A DNA stretch of 58,794 bases, taken from Sphaeroforma arctica JP610. Lineage: Eukaryota. A program made the translations under genes and the position numbers. Location: NCBI RefSeq assembly GCF_001186125.1, contig NW_014039984.1, positions 1 through 58,794 of the forward strand. Reading direction: 5' to 3'. A model generated the notes under the pieces. That model was given only the letters and a program-made list of their open reading frames with translations. It was not told the origin of the DNA and did not search any database. Shown in pieces: positions 26,414 to 39,377 of the stretch. How positions within the stretch are numbered: the first letter of the stretch is position 1; every line of letters starts with the position of its first letter.

Positions 26414-29400
26414 CTATGCCGCAAAGTGGGACTGTCGTACGCGCGCAGCCTCCTCTTGGAACACGGCGATGTGCCTGCTCAAATACATGGGGTACGTGAC
26501 GAGTTCAGTGCATTCTGTAAGTATCCTATACCCCGAGATGTAAGTGTTCGAATGGCTGACGCAGTGTTGAGCTTTCCGCTCTGTGTGTTCTATGCATATC
26601 CCAATTGTTTATATATATCCGTTCGAATAAAGGGCGTGCGCTTTGAGTTACGAGTTTTCTGTGCTCGATTTTATATATAAATCTTACCCCACATCCCACC
26701 CAAATTGTCAAAAATACAACTCTGTTACGGTAGTACACACAATTCTATTGCAATTCTCGTTGACACTGGCAGTACAAGCAGTACAACTAGGACGCTGTAC
26801 ACACAAGTGATTGTCCGGGGAACGTACCTGTTGGCCCGTTCGTGTATTTTCTGCACCCATACGTCGCACTGGGCTTTCAGGAAGGTCTCTACAGATGCGG
26901 AGGTGTCGATTTGTAATCCAGGTGACGTTTCTTGGCAGCCCGGCTGCAAAAACAAGGGACAATTCATTAGGTTTGAGTGGCTCTATTAGCCGAGTTTTTG
27001 CACTAATATCTGATATCGTATCGCATAGCTGACTTGGTAGCCCACCGATCTAGGTATAAAACTACACACAACGGGAGTTGCCAATTACATAGATAGTACA
27101 TAGTCCCCTGTCCAGATACAAGTTATTCATAAGTGTGACATTGGTAGTATGCAATCTTTGCATTGTGCGCGCCTCTTAACATGGATGAGCTTCACACGCC
27201 ACATGAATAGTAGAGTACTGCAACACTAGAATAGGACTCAGACAACACTATATTCAGCCATACACACACAACACACTACAACGCAGTAAGACCAGCAAGA
27301 CTATAATACGCATATATCTGGACACGACATACGCTAATGGCGCAAACGAACGTATCGGAGAGTCGTGTGCGAATCCCCTTTGCTGTCGCTCTATCCTCCT
27401 TTCCTGTGTCAACTCTGCGCTCACATGCACGCACTAGGGCAGTCCCCTCGGCCCGCACAAGCACGTCCACACTCGCATTTAGACTTACAGAAGTGTTCGG
27501 GGGTGCATCCACCTGTGGATGTGTCGCCATTGGAATATCGTGATAGCGTGCTGTGACGAGCGTCTGTGCCTCTATACTCGCCGTTGTGTCAGTGCCTGAC
27601 AATACTTGCGGAGCCTTACTATTGAGACATGGTTTGTCCATACGACTCAGCGACTTGGATGTCCTTGTGCGTGATTCTGAAAGTGAGAGTGGGGATTGAT
27701 CTGCTTTCTGTAGTTCTTGTTCGCAAATTCCCGCTTTTTCAATAGTGGTTGAACCGTGATTGTCTGAAATAGTAGACGTTCCGGATGGTGTATTTGGTAA
27801 CTCGAGTTGTGCCTTTGTCATTGCTGGTTGAGTATTTGCTATCCTCAATCGTGTATCTATATTCTCCGATTGGGTAGCCATGATTTCCGGTTGCGAATGT
27901 ATTGTGTCCATTTGTCTACTCGCTATTCCCGGCTCTTTGCGAACTATATTGGTGTGTGTAGTGCCATGTTGTGCTGTTTCCTTCGTTCGTTTCCCATTCC
28001 CTGATACTTCTACGTCAGCACGACTAACACTCTCTTCCATTGATGCTACCTCCATGGTCAGAGGCTCGTATACACTTGCTGCTCCCCTGTCTGTTGCGCC
28101 ACTCTCTTCCCGACAACGTCCACCAGCAGACACATCCATATCCATACCAGCAGTAGATACCTCCTGTACTATCTTATCACACCCTGTATTCGATACCTGG
28201 CCTCCCACCCCACTTAAGTCTCCTCTCCCCTTCTCCGTGGCAACTGGCCCAACCGCCTGATTAGATACACTGCTGCCATCACTTAGACTCATATCCATAG
28301 ACTCGCCAGACGAGGCAGCAACCTTCCCGAAAGCACGGCTTGTCCGCATACGCTTGGCTCTGGACCTTGAACCACGGCCCATCTCGCCACTACCCTCAGG
28401 GCGTCCTTCCGTCTCAGACAGCCCACGCGACTGCGACCGTGTGTGCGATCGTGTGCGTGTAAGCGGCTGGGTATGCGAGCGTGCGCGTGTGAGTGGCTTT
28501 CCACCGGATCTTGTGCCGGCCGATGACGACAGTGGGTTGGACTGTGTGTATGCGACGGTCAACGAGTCCGAGCTCGAGTTCAGACCGATCCCGGAACGCA
28601 GGCGCTCCTTTCCGGGGTTGCCCTCCACATTTGTACGTATACGTGTGCTTGAGCGTGTGGGCTCTAACCGTTGGTGAGGCTTGACATCCGACCCATTCCC
28701 GTGCATCTTGGACTTAAACCGAAGCGCGTGTTTGGTGGAGAACGAGTCGATGGGTTGCTTCCGATACGCCGACGTACCAAAAGCTGCTGGCCGCCGCCCT
28801 GGTACAGAAGCCTTGGATGCCTGAACACGAGTCACAGTATCTGATGGAATGGTATTCGATGCTTGTACACGTGTGCCCTTATTTAATGTACCAATAGAGT
28901 TTGCTTCTCCCTCCGAATGGCAGTCAAAGCGACTTCTGTCGTTTCTCACGTGCAGGTGTTGTGCAGTCTGTCTCTCTGGGCTCGTGTCCTTAGGCTCATG
29001 CCTGTTTGCCTTGCTTTGACTGTTTCTTACCCCACTGACCATGGACTCTGCATTCACGGGCTCTATCACTCTTGCATCTTCGGCTGCGTTTGACGTAGCC
29101 TCACTTTCTGCTACATCCGAACCTCCAGACATGCATGTAGATGCCATTGCTGGGTCTGCAATACCGCCCAAATCCTTCGAGTGCGCGCCAGACATGCGTG
29201 TGTGTTGTGGTACCGAACTGTGTGATTTGCTTACTGACGTGCCAGCCTTACGTTCTCGACTTGGATCGCCTGGACCTTCACTCACTCCCTCCGGTTCATG
29301 GCGTAACGATATATCTTGCCCGCCAGCTTTACCTTCTCGACTTTGATCGCTTAAATCTTCTCTCACTCCGATTGGCTTAGGGCGTGTCGCATTATTTTGC

Positions 29401-32400
29401 TCGCAAAGCTTATTATCTTGACCCTGCTTACCTAGACTCTCTATTACACCTATTGGTTTAGGGCGGGGTCTCGGTTTCGGTCGTGGACGAGCAGTCAGTT
29501 TGGAACGCGGCTGCGTACTCGCAGCTTGACGTTGTGTTAGCTCTGACACTTGAACAGGCACTTCAGTTGTGTGCGGTGGTTGAGCTGGTAACGACACTAC
29601 ATCCGGACTATGGGCTTTCGTTCCCCTTTCATCTAGTTCCTGAGGCACCTTGGGCGGCTCCAGACCGTTACCTGATGATGGTGGCAGCAGTGGTTGCTTA
29701 CGTGGTCCTTCTGTATTCTTCCTATCAACCAACTCCCTGACCTCCCTTGTATTATCTGGTCCCGCAATGGTGGACTTCTTATCCGTGAGCACACACTCTA
29801 CTTCTAAGTCTCCTTCCCTGTGCTCTAATAAACCACGCGAGTTTGTATCTGCCTGGACCTCTCCAGGCAAAGTGACATCCACAGACACATCCGCAGTCTC
29901 AATGTATCGTTCAGCTCGCTGTGCATTTCCCATTTTCATCGGACCAACCCTCGCACCACCCCTGGAATGCACAATAGCCTCATCTTCACTATCGCTGATG
30001 CCCAGCATTGCGGCTTCCTCAAGTGTGAGCGTCCTTTCGGTATCCCCGATATTTGCTGACACGTGCATAGCAGCGGCAGACCTGTGCTCATCTCCCGGTT
30101 GAGTTTTCTTAGAGCTTGCTCCTGGCCGCATAGCTGCCTTCGGCCCACCGCTGACCCTTAAAGCCTGAGAACGAGCTATACTGTCAGATGTCTGTCCGTC
30201 AGAGGACTTGTGCGATATTGTCGGATCTACATCATCATCAGATTTGGGCTTTGCAACGCCTACTCTCGCATCACCACTTTCTGCCACCTCCGTTGCACCT
30301 ACCCCCATCGCTGTACCCACCGCCACCCCTTTCTGTTGTCGCGAACCACTTCGCCGTGGTCGGGCCTTTGCTTTAGGCTTCGTGGCAAGTTTCACGCCTG
30401 CGTCTATAGTGGCATTTGGCTGTTGTGTATCAGTCAGCAATGAGAGTGTACCGTTGTTAGTGGGTTTCTCAGATGCACACTTCCACCAAGAGCGCTTAGT
30501 ACTAGACCTGGACCGTTGCGGCCTTGACGTCGCACGCTTCCCCCTCGGATTGTCTCGGCCTACGCTGTCCACAGATAAGTCACTCACGTTGTGGCCATCG
30601 CTTAAGCGCGTGTTGGGTGACATCGTGGCTCTTGAGTGTGTACTCGTAGTTCTACCTTGTCTAGCGTGGATTGCCTCTACTGATTTGTCACTCGTGGTTA
30701 TTCTTGTTTGGCCACCAGATATATCATCGATATTCATACTCTCATTTTTCCTTTCACAGGCTTCAAGACTCTCGACACGACTCCCGATCCCCTGGTCACC
30801 ACGTTGCACATTTAACTTCCTCTGTTTATCAACATGCTCACATTTTTCGGCCACGGGAAGAGCGTCAGCCCTCGCTTCTGACACTTCGGATCCTTGATCC
30901 GTATCCCCCGTACTTTCACTCTCAAACCTATAGTCGCGAGAGACAACACCCACCAGCGTTCGTACTGCCGCGTTTCCTTCCGAAAGAGATGTGTGTCTCT
31001 GAGATAGCCCCGCTGTTATAGGCTGTAGGGATGATACCGACAGTGTTGATCTTGCCCGAGGCTTCGGTTTCGGCCTGTTCTTTGCTTTAGCCACCTTCCT
31101 GCTATGCTTCTCGGAATCTGGTTGTGTGCCCGTGGCGAGATTCGCACCACCAACAGCTAGCTCGCTGCCAGTCCTCCGATTGCGCCTCATACCACCAGTT
31201 GCTGAGAGCGCCACTTCAGTACTGAGAGTTTCCTGTGCACTTGTACTGTCATTTGCAACCCTCTCCCGTCTCTTCTTTGCATACGACTCGTCATCTGTAT
31301 TATATTTATGTAGGCTGTGTGACGCAACATCAGAGTCCTCAGTCGCACTTCTCGGTGCTGCAACTGGCACTTGTATGGATATTGGGTCAGGGTTGTTCCT
31401 GGTCGAGCGTGTACGCTTCGGCACAGCTCTATTCAGAGAAGTGCTACGACTAGGTCTCTGTCGCTTTGCTCTTGTATTAGCCCCGCCCTTCATCGCAGCA
31501 CTTGAGGCATCTGAGTCGACGTCTGTTCCAGTGCTCCTGGACCGTTTATGACCTGATTTTTTAGACCGATCCTGCCCCGATTTTGTGAGTGCTTCCTCAC
31601 GTTGTGGAATGGGTTCTTGCACGCCTACACCGTGTTCAGAGAGTCGTTTGAATTCTTGTGAGCCAACCTCGCTTTTAGTTTGTTTTCTTGTCTCCGTCTC
31701 TCTCCCTCTGCTGCACTCTTTAGTTCTAGGGACGTTCCTTTGCTTCCGACCGCTCGAGTCTGCTTCTGGGGAGCCTGATACCCTCTCAGAAAGGTTCTCA
31801 CCCACTCCTTGTTTCCTCACTTGTCCCGATATCTCCTGCCCATTTGTGAAAGCCTCCACATCTATGTCTCGCACTTCCGGAAACTCTTCAACCATAGGTT
31901 GTACGATCGGCCTATCACCTGTTGCTAATGTGCGCTGTACTGACGATTCTCCATCACTTTCTCCAAACTGCTCCCTTCGTCCAACTTTGGACAGTGGAGC
32001 CATCGCACGTATTTTATCCATGGTATTTTCCAGCGATGCTCGTCTTGTATGTGGTCTGCCAGCCATGGCCATCTTAATTGCACGCGTACTGCCGGGTGTT
32101 CGTACCCTCTTTACTGGTGATGAGCGAAATCCTTGGCCACTCGTATTGGTACTGTGCCTATAGCTCTGCGCAAAGGTCTTCGTCTGCGAGTCACCGCTAT
32201 TGTTGGGACCAACATCCCTCATATACTTCCCACGCCCCTCACTGAGAGCCTTCTGTGTGTGAGTACCACTACCCGTTCCACTACCATCGGCATAGGGATG
32301 CGGTGACTGCGAATGTGAACGTGACACTCTTTTCCCGAGTTTCGTGTCGCCCAGCCCCAACGTCGCTCCACGTATTGCGGCATCTGCCTTGATCCCAGAC

Positions 32401-35400
32401 AGCGCACGCGCACGCCGGCTTATAGTGCTAGCCGACCCATCGGAGATGTTCTGCCGCGCTCGTCTGATGGGCACACGCGTGTTTAGTTCCGATTGATCTT
32501 CTTCGGGCCATTGTAGGGCGGGTGCAGAGTGACGTCCGCCTGTTGTATCTGTGCGAGATGGCTCTGTGACAGATAGACTTGTCCGCAACATCGTCCGTGA
32601 CCTGCTTGGTGCTTTGGCCTTGCCTATAGCCATAGAGTTCTTGTTTGCACCCATTTCAATATGTTGGCCTCGCATACAATTCCATTGCGTACTGCTAGGG
32701 TCATCGTCCATTTCTGTGGTTGTTGCATTTGGTACCGAGTGTGCGTCACGTGTTCCCGCAGCAATTAACCTATGGTTATCCACCGCCACGGCCTCTTCGT
32801 CAGGAGCCTCACCCGATAATTTGGTACTACGTTGTTGTGAAGAATTCTGCAATTGCCCGTCTAAAGATGCGTTTGGAAGGCAAATATGTGGAGCTTCGAC
32901 AGCCATTCTCTCTGCTGACTGCCTTTGTGCTGGCGATGGCTTTTCTGCTGCAGTTTGTTGCTGATCACCCAGTACTGTATCCCTGTCTGTCCCTACGTTA
33001 TCTACCTCCGCAAAGATCGGTACGCTACCTGCCTTAGCATCCTGCTCTACCTTTTCATGCTGATTCTCTGAGCTTGAAAGAGAGGATCTCGTATCTCCCT
33101 TATCGGCCTCTAAACTTTTACCATCTTTCAGAAACGGCTTGGCCCCAGACTGCATACCCTCTCCTGAATTCAAAGTAGCAGTAGACTGACAAACTTCCGT
33201 CGATATGTTCGCATCACTTGCCGGTACCACCTCCGACCGGCTCGGTGCACGGGCGAGTGACGAGCGATGCGATCTGACAGATCTTGCGCGCGTTAGTTTC
33301 GGCACTTGCACTGATACTTCGGTGTGGTGCTCCTTTACCGGTGATGGGTGCATTTCTGATAAAGATGCAAAGAAAGTCAATAAGGGGCACACACAACGAT
33401 AAGGTTCGCCTCTTGGAAACTAGGACATGTGACTATTGAAAAATACACTGCACGAGATACTAAACATGATCCGAAACATGTAATTCTACACACCTTTAGC
33501 GAGTTCTGACGGCATTTCTACATCCCGATTTAGCTTCTGTGGCAATAACGAGCTCGATTGGGTAGACTGTGGTACACTTGGTTGCAACTCGCGCCCAGGA
33601 ACACTCGAGGGCGTGTGCTTTGTATGCAATTGCGCATCTACACTAGGATCTTCATATATGGCATTCTCCGCAATTTGTACTCCTTCAGCAGTTTGGCCTA
33701 CCCTCATCTCGGGCATATTTTCCTGTTTGTGCGGATCTACGCTGTTACCAGACTCTGCGTCCTGTGCTTTTGCAACCACACTGGTGATAGGCTCTTCTCC
33801 CATACCCTCCGTAGTAGTAGTGCCGCTAGGGCTGGCTGCACTCATCTCCATGTGTGCGTATCTCACAGACATGGACCTCGTTAACCTCCGCTTACGCCTT
33901 TTCTTGCCCGATTGACCCGAGGTATCTGTGTAAGGATAGACCTTCTTCGTAGCTACAGTACTAACCTTCTTTGGTGCGTTCTCACACGCCTCGCTACTCG
34001 CTTCAGCGGACGTTTCCGACACACTCATCACAGCCGGCGAAGGCGTAGGCGCGGTATACGCGCTCTTGGTAGCCGTAGATCCGGCTGGGGTCTCTGAGAG
34101 ATCGTCTTGTATCCCCACAGCCAACAACTTGTCGCTATCTTTAGCTAACACCTTGCTCCTGCTTCTGGCACTCGTCAGCTTCGCGCGAGATTTCGTACCT
34201 TTCGTCCGCGACTTCGAACGGCCCGTGAGCTTCGAACCGGCTCTGATTTCGGGCTGGGGCTCAAGTTTCAATGCACCGACACAAGCAGTGTCCACTACAG
34301 GCACCTGGACTACCGGGGCGCGTATATCTGCACATGCCGGATCAGAAATCAAACGCACATTGCACGGACACGATTTGTTCCGCTTAATGTGCTCCTGTGA
34401 TGGTACGTCGTCCTTCTCCCAGCCATCTAGACCCACTCCACACATGAAGCACTCGCAGTAGTCCTCGCCATACTCTGGGCGGTAAACAAACCCGTTCAGG
34501 GACAGACTCTCCGGGGTAGGTCCGTAGTCCTTTGTTGGGTGTGGCTGTATAGAGTCCATGGAACATATGCGGATGTGAATACGCACTCGTGCTATATAAT
34601 TACCGATAGCTTCGATCCATGAAGAAATGAAACCAGCGTCTTGTAAAGACGAATCGTGGTTTTAAATACAGGCCAAGTAAAGCATATTCGACCAAGAGAT
34701 GCCATGCACTTTTGTAGACATAAAACCACTCACCCATTGTGAAGTAAACGAATTCATCCGATTCCGCAACGAACGCATCGACAGAAAGAAGCACTCACTA
34801 GTGCCACGCTTATGCTCAGAGATGGGATCATCTTCCTCCTCCCAATCTGCGTTTATGTGATTCAGTTTAGATTTGTCCTTATGAATGTATGAAATTTGAT
34901 ACATAAATACCGCAAAAACCAGAAATAACTTTTTCACTACTCTAACAATTAGTGAGCATAAACCCCCCGCCAGAGAAATTGTGCAGTGAAACGCATAGGG
35001 GTGCAAACTTGTGCAACTGTTTGTATGTATGATTTGATGTACATAAATGAACGAGCCACACACACACACACGCGCTTGTCTATTCGCGAGTCTCTAAATA
35101 TAGCTGAGAGTTTGCAAACAAATATCTCATTGTCGTTGCCAAAGCTTTAATCGCTTATACATACCTCTCCTTCACGCAGATATAAAATTCATAAATACAC
35201 AGACGGGCATTCGCTTAGTGCACAATATTCATACAGTGTTGACTATTAGAAGACTTTTTTAGCGAATACATGCACAATTGAAGTACCACTGTCAGGTGAG
35301 CAAATTCAACACTACATGTACACACGCGTCGGTCACACGGAACTGATGCCTTGTTTACAATTCACGTTTCTCTGTCACAGACTGTGTCACAACCGTTGGG

Positions 35401-36200
35401 ATAAGCTTACACAGGTGATCCAATTGTGTATGTGCGTGTGTGTGTGAGAAGTCCAGAATCCCTGCCGTACACTTCTATTATCATTTGTAGTCCTATATGC
35501 TGTACACTTACCAGAACTTATAATACTATACATATACGTACACTAACATGACATTCACTTACACACTCCTTATAACATACGTATAACGCGTACACATAAG
35601 ACGTTCAATCGGCCAGGTGCAACAACATATGTATACTAACATGATATATACTTACCGGCCTAGCTCTTCTTATATGAGAAGCAGGTGGTGTTGTGGGGTA
35701 TGGCAAGTATAACGGAACCTCTGAGAATTTACTTCACGAGCGATTTTTTTGTCCCAAGAATCTCTACCTCACACTCTCATAATATACATATACAAACATA
35801 ATGTTGACTGTATACGAGCACAATTATTACTTACCGGCCAAGTTTTTATTGCATGAGAAGCAGATGGCACTGTGGAGCATGGTAAGTGTATTCCAACTTC
35901 CAAAAATTTACTTCACGACTGATATACATTTGTCCCAAGACTCTCTATTACACAGTCCTCATATAATACCTATACAAATATGATATTGACTGTCTACGAA
36001 CACGATAGTCACTTACCGGCCAAGTTCTTCTTGCATGAGAAGCAGGTAGCGTTGTTGAGTATAGTGCGCGGAGGGTGGTAGAATCCAGCCTCCACCATTC
36101 GGCTTGCCGATACAGAAGTCCCCTCTGCGAATGGCCATCGCTTAAACGTATTTGCACGCTTGATGTGGTCTTTGTAATCGACAGATTTTGAGCATACCAT
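26414..36200 (-). CDS. Bir1/survivin-like BIR-domain protein, putative chromosomal passenger complex subunit (~2515 aa, 6 exons)
   Basis: Exons 36200-36017, 34846-34734, 34544-33494, 33355-27333, 26943-26828 and 26474-26414 (7548 nt, phases consistent). Two BIR zinc sites with exact CX2CX16HX6C spacing (CFSC-KKNLADWEEEDDPISE-H-KRGTSE-C and CFMC-GVGLDGWEKDDVPSQE-H-IKRNKS-C), followed by a long low-complexity middle. The C-terminus SVETFLKAQCDVWVQKIHERANRHIAVFQEEAARVRQSHFAA resembles the fungal Bir1 terminal helix. The last two exons are the least certain. Confidence 0.85.
35650..36062. repeat. ~180-bp tandem triplication spanning the BIR exon 1 end and donor
   Basis: acttaccggcc...atgagaagcag at 35650, 35829 and 36011; the last copy is the real exon/intron junction. 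Confidence 0.9.
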
Positions 36201-37110
36201 ATTGATTATGTGGTGAATTCAATAGTATTTTCGGAATAGTGTTTGTGTCAGATGCGGCGTTGAGGTCTTAAGTTTAAAGCATCTCTAAATAGTGGACCTC
36301 AGGTCTTGTCTACGTATCGTACATGGTCTACACTAGACTGACACTTCTTGCACATTCAATCGCATTAAGTGATAGTATACTTAAGCCGTCACGTACACAT
36401 GTACATAACAAGCCTCTATACATACATAGTCTATAGTCTATAAATAGTCTATAGTATATACATAGCCTATAGTCCTTATGGCTTTTATAATCTGTAGTAT
36501 TTTTACATCGACGTAAAATTTGTTTCACAAAAAAACATTTTTTTATACTTTCGTGCCGCTTGTCGAACGGACACGTAATATTTCCCGCCAAAATGATCTC
36601 TCTCTTGTTCAGATGATTGCCAAAGATTAGGAAAAGCCAGCCCGCCATTTTTTTTCTAAAGAAAAAAAAGTGTGGGGGGGGTGACAACTGTCACAGACTC
36701 ACTCGGTCACTCGGTCACTCCCCAGGGCCAGCAGTGGGATTGTGACATATACATACAAGGGATTTATGTTGTTTTATTGGTTTATTTAGACTTTACGTGA
36801 CATTAATGTGTAACGCGGTTTCAGTGTACTTTGGTTTGAACCAAAATGTGATAGAATATATCGATCTACCCCAAATACATGTATACTTTGTGTACTGAGC
36901 CTCAGATGTGCATGTCTTGATAAGAACGGTATAACCTTTTCTGTGTGTGTATGTGTGTGTGACCTGGTGTCTACCAACCTAGACCATATCCTCTCCTCGC
37001 CCTAGATCGCTATGCTGCTTCTTCAACACCTGTTTGAGCTGAACAGATGAAAATGGGAGTGGAGCGTGATACATGAGGAGAACATATGGTTCGAAGGACC
37101 TTCTGTACCC

Positions 37111-38598
37111 TCTCTTTCATAGCCCGTAGAAAAGCAAGAGAGGAATCTTGTTAGGAAATGACGTAACAATCAGGAATTTGCACAATTAGTGGTAGTACTA
37201 TCAGTGATAGTATAATCCGTGATAGTGATAAATTTGCTGCTGACATTCTCGCAAGATGATTAAGTTGTAGTCAAAACCAAGTGACACTTAATAAAGAGTG
37301 CTAAGTCTGAAATAAGTGAACTCAGTCAGAAGTGCCGTTATGAACGGCGCGTCTGCTGTATTTATTAATCACGTTCCTGTGTGGGACGAGATTTTCTCTA
37401 ACAACGGCAGATTGTGAAAATCTCCGTCTCTAAGATTTTGGTCTCCTTGTTACTAAATAATGATGACAGCCGGTGAGTCATCATTCTCTCTCATAAATTA
37501 TATATTGTATTCTCTAGTCCGGTCCTCTGGTCCGGTCCTAAATATCTATCTAAGGTACTTTGTCCACAAAGTATGAATTTTATATTAAATTCTGCGGTCA
37601 CTTATGTTGTTGCACTTCTAGATACCAAAGCCGCCTAAAGACGTGAAGTCCCCGTTGAAGAAGCTATCCGCACGTGTAGGGATTATATCCCGAACGTACG
37701 ACTTTACGGAGCCCTCGGCAATCCCCAATACTGTTCTGATCCCAGAGTGTGATGCGTGTACCGATCTCTGTGGAAAGAGAAAGATGTCAATGAATACATC
37801 AATTCTGGTAGAATGCCCCTTTCACTCTTATAAGCTCACAGACGATACCTTGGAGAGCTGACAGCTGTTTCTCCGTGGTATTTCACGCGACGGCTGATTG
37901 GTTGAGTCCTTTCGACAACCAATTATAGTGCGTCATATGATCAAGCAATTCTTTCTGTACAGAGACGGATTTGCGCACGTACACCAACTCGGTAATGTAC
38001 AAGGTCTGGCATGGAATCCGTCTGGAAACTCAACGTTTCGACAGATAAGCATCGAGAACAACTCAAGTATCTCGCCCGTAGATACGTTGAACTGTAGGGC
38101 TACTCGGGCCTGAACTCGTTGTACAAAAACTTGTATATTTTTTATTCACGGGTTTGTCGTTCAAAAACCCTTGAAGCGTCTGGAACCAGATATTCAACGT
38201 TGCCGAACGACTGCACAGCAGCCATCGACTGACATAATGCTACTGTGGTTGAGTCTTGTGTTATCTTGATAAGCTGATTCTGCAGTTGTGCACTTTGGGC
38301 CTGCAAGTTAACCATTAAATCCTGCTGTTGATATATGATATTTTCTTATTCTTGATTCGCCATGATACACGATGTGATCTGCCGTGGGGTTGTAAAGTCT
38401 ACAGCTCACTATTCATAGACGTGAAGAACACATTGTTCAAAGAACCTGCTGTTTCCTTCGCTTTTATACCCCGTAGAAATGCAAGAGAGAAGTCTTGCGA
38501 GGCAATGACGTAATAATTAGAATTTCACACAATCAATGATAATACAATCAGTTGTAGTAGTGATCAATTCGCTGATATCATTCCCTCAAGGTGATAAG
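37111..38598. repeat. Pair of ~140-bp diverged direct repeats (37111-37263 and 38458-38598)
   Basis: cccgtagaaaagcaagagaggaatcttgttaggaaatgacgtaacaat... matches cccgtagaaatgcaagagagaagtcttgcgaggcaatgacgtaataat... Confidence 0.75.
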
Positions 38599-39258
38599 AC
38601 ATAAATAGCAGATTCTGCGGCCATTTTTTCTTTTGTTTTTACAGTTAGAAATTCATCATGCATGATTAAAAATTGTTCTCAAACCCGACCAAAAATCCAA
38701 ATTTCGATCTAAAATTTTCACACACGCCTCAAAGAGGTCACTCGAAAAGTTAGCCATAGTAAGCGCACATGATATTTTGTGAAACAGTCGTTTTTTAAAA
38801 GTCGGATAAACATGTACTTGGTGTATCGCATTGCTGATGATCACTCTCGTCAAATGTTATCACCTCGATCGCTGTCTGCATTACATCTACGGCACACCTG
38901 TGGTATTGAAGGAAAAATCAAGTGCAATTTCGAGACGTTCGAAGCGTTGAGGGCTGCTGTGATGCCAAAGAATAATACTTTTTCAGCAATCAATTGTCTG
39001 CGCAAGTGCGAGCAGGGCTAGCGTGTATAGCTGGGTCTTTACACCTTGGAAAATCACACTCGTGTAAATATCGACAGTTGCTTCACTGCTGTTGTAGTTA
39101 TTGCCAGAGTGTAGGCTAGGTGTGATGGTGTTTGATGTGAATGTATTTTCCAATGTAAGATTGTTAATGCAGTTACAGTAGAGGCTTTCTAGGAAACATA
39201 GTTGGCAAGACGAGGGTGGTATGCGGTTCTTGTCTACTGCTAAGAATGTAGATAAGAG

Positions 39259-39377
39259 AGTTAAGCCAGCTACTCATCATGATCAGGTACTATATCATGT
39301 CGCCAATAGCAGCTTCAGTTAAAGCCAACTACTCATCATGATCAGGTACTATACCATGCCACCAACAGCAGCTTCAT
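39259..39377. repeat. 58-bp tandem duplication
   Basis: agttaagccagctactcatcatgatcaggtactata...gcagcttc twice. Confidence 0.85.

Noticed and set aside
27276..33392. 2038-aa ORF as a stand-alone intronless gene
   Set aside because: It has an in-phase acceptor at 33355 and a donor at 27333 that link it to the BIR exons and the C-terminal helix exons, so it is better explained as one giant exon.
27337..34461. Many 100-230-aa plus-strand ORFs
   Set aside because: Antisense shadows of the GC-richer BIR coding exons with no recognisable motifs.
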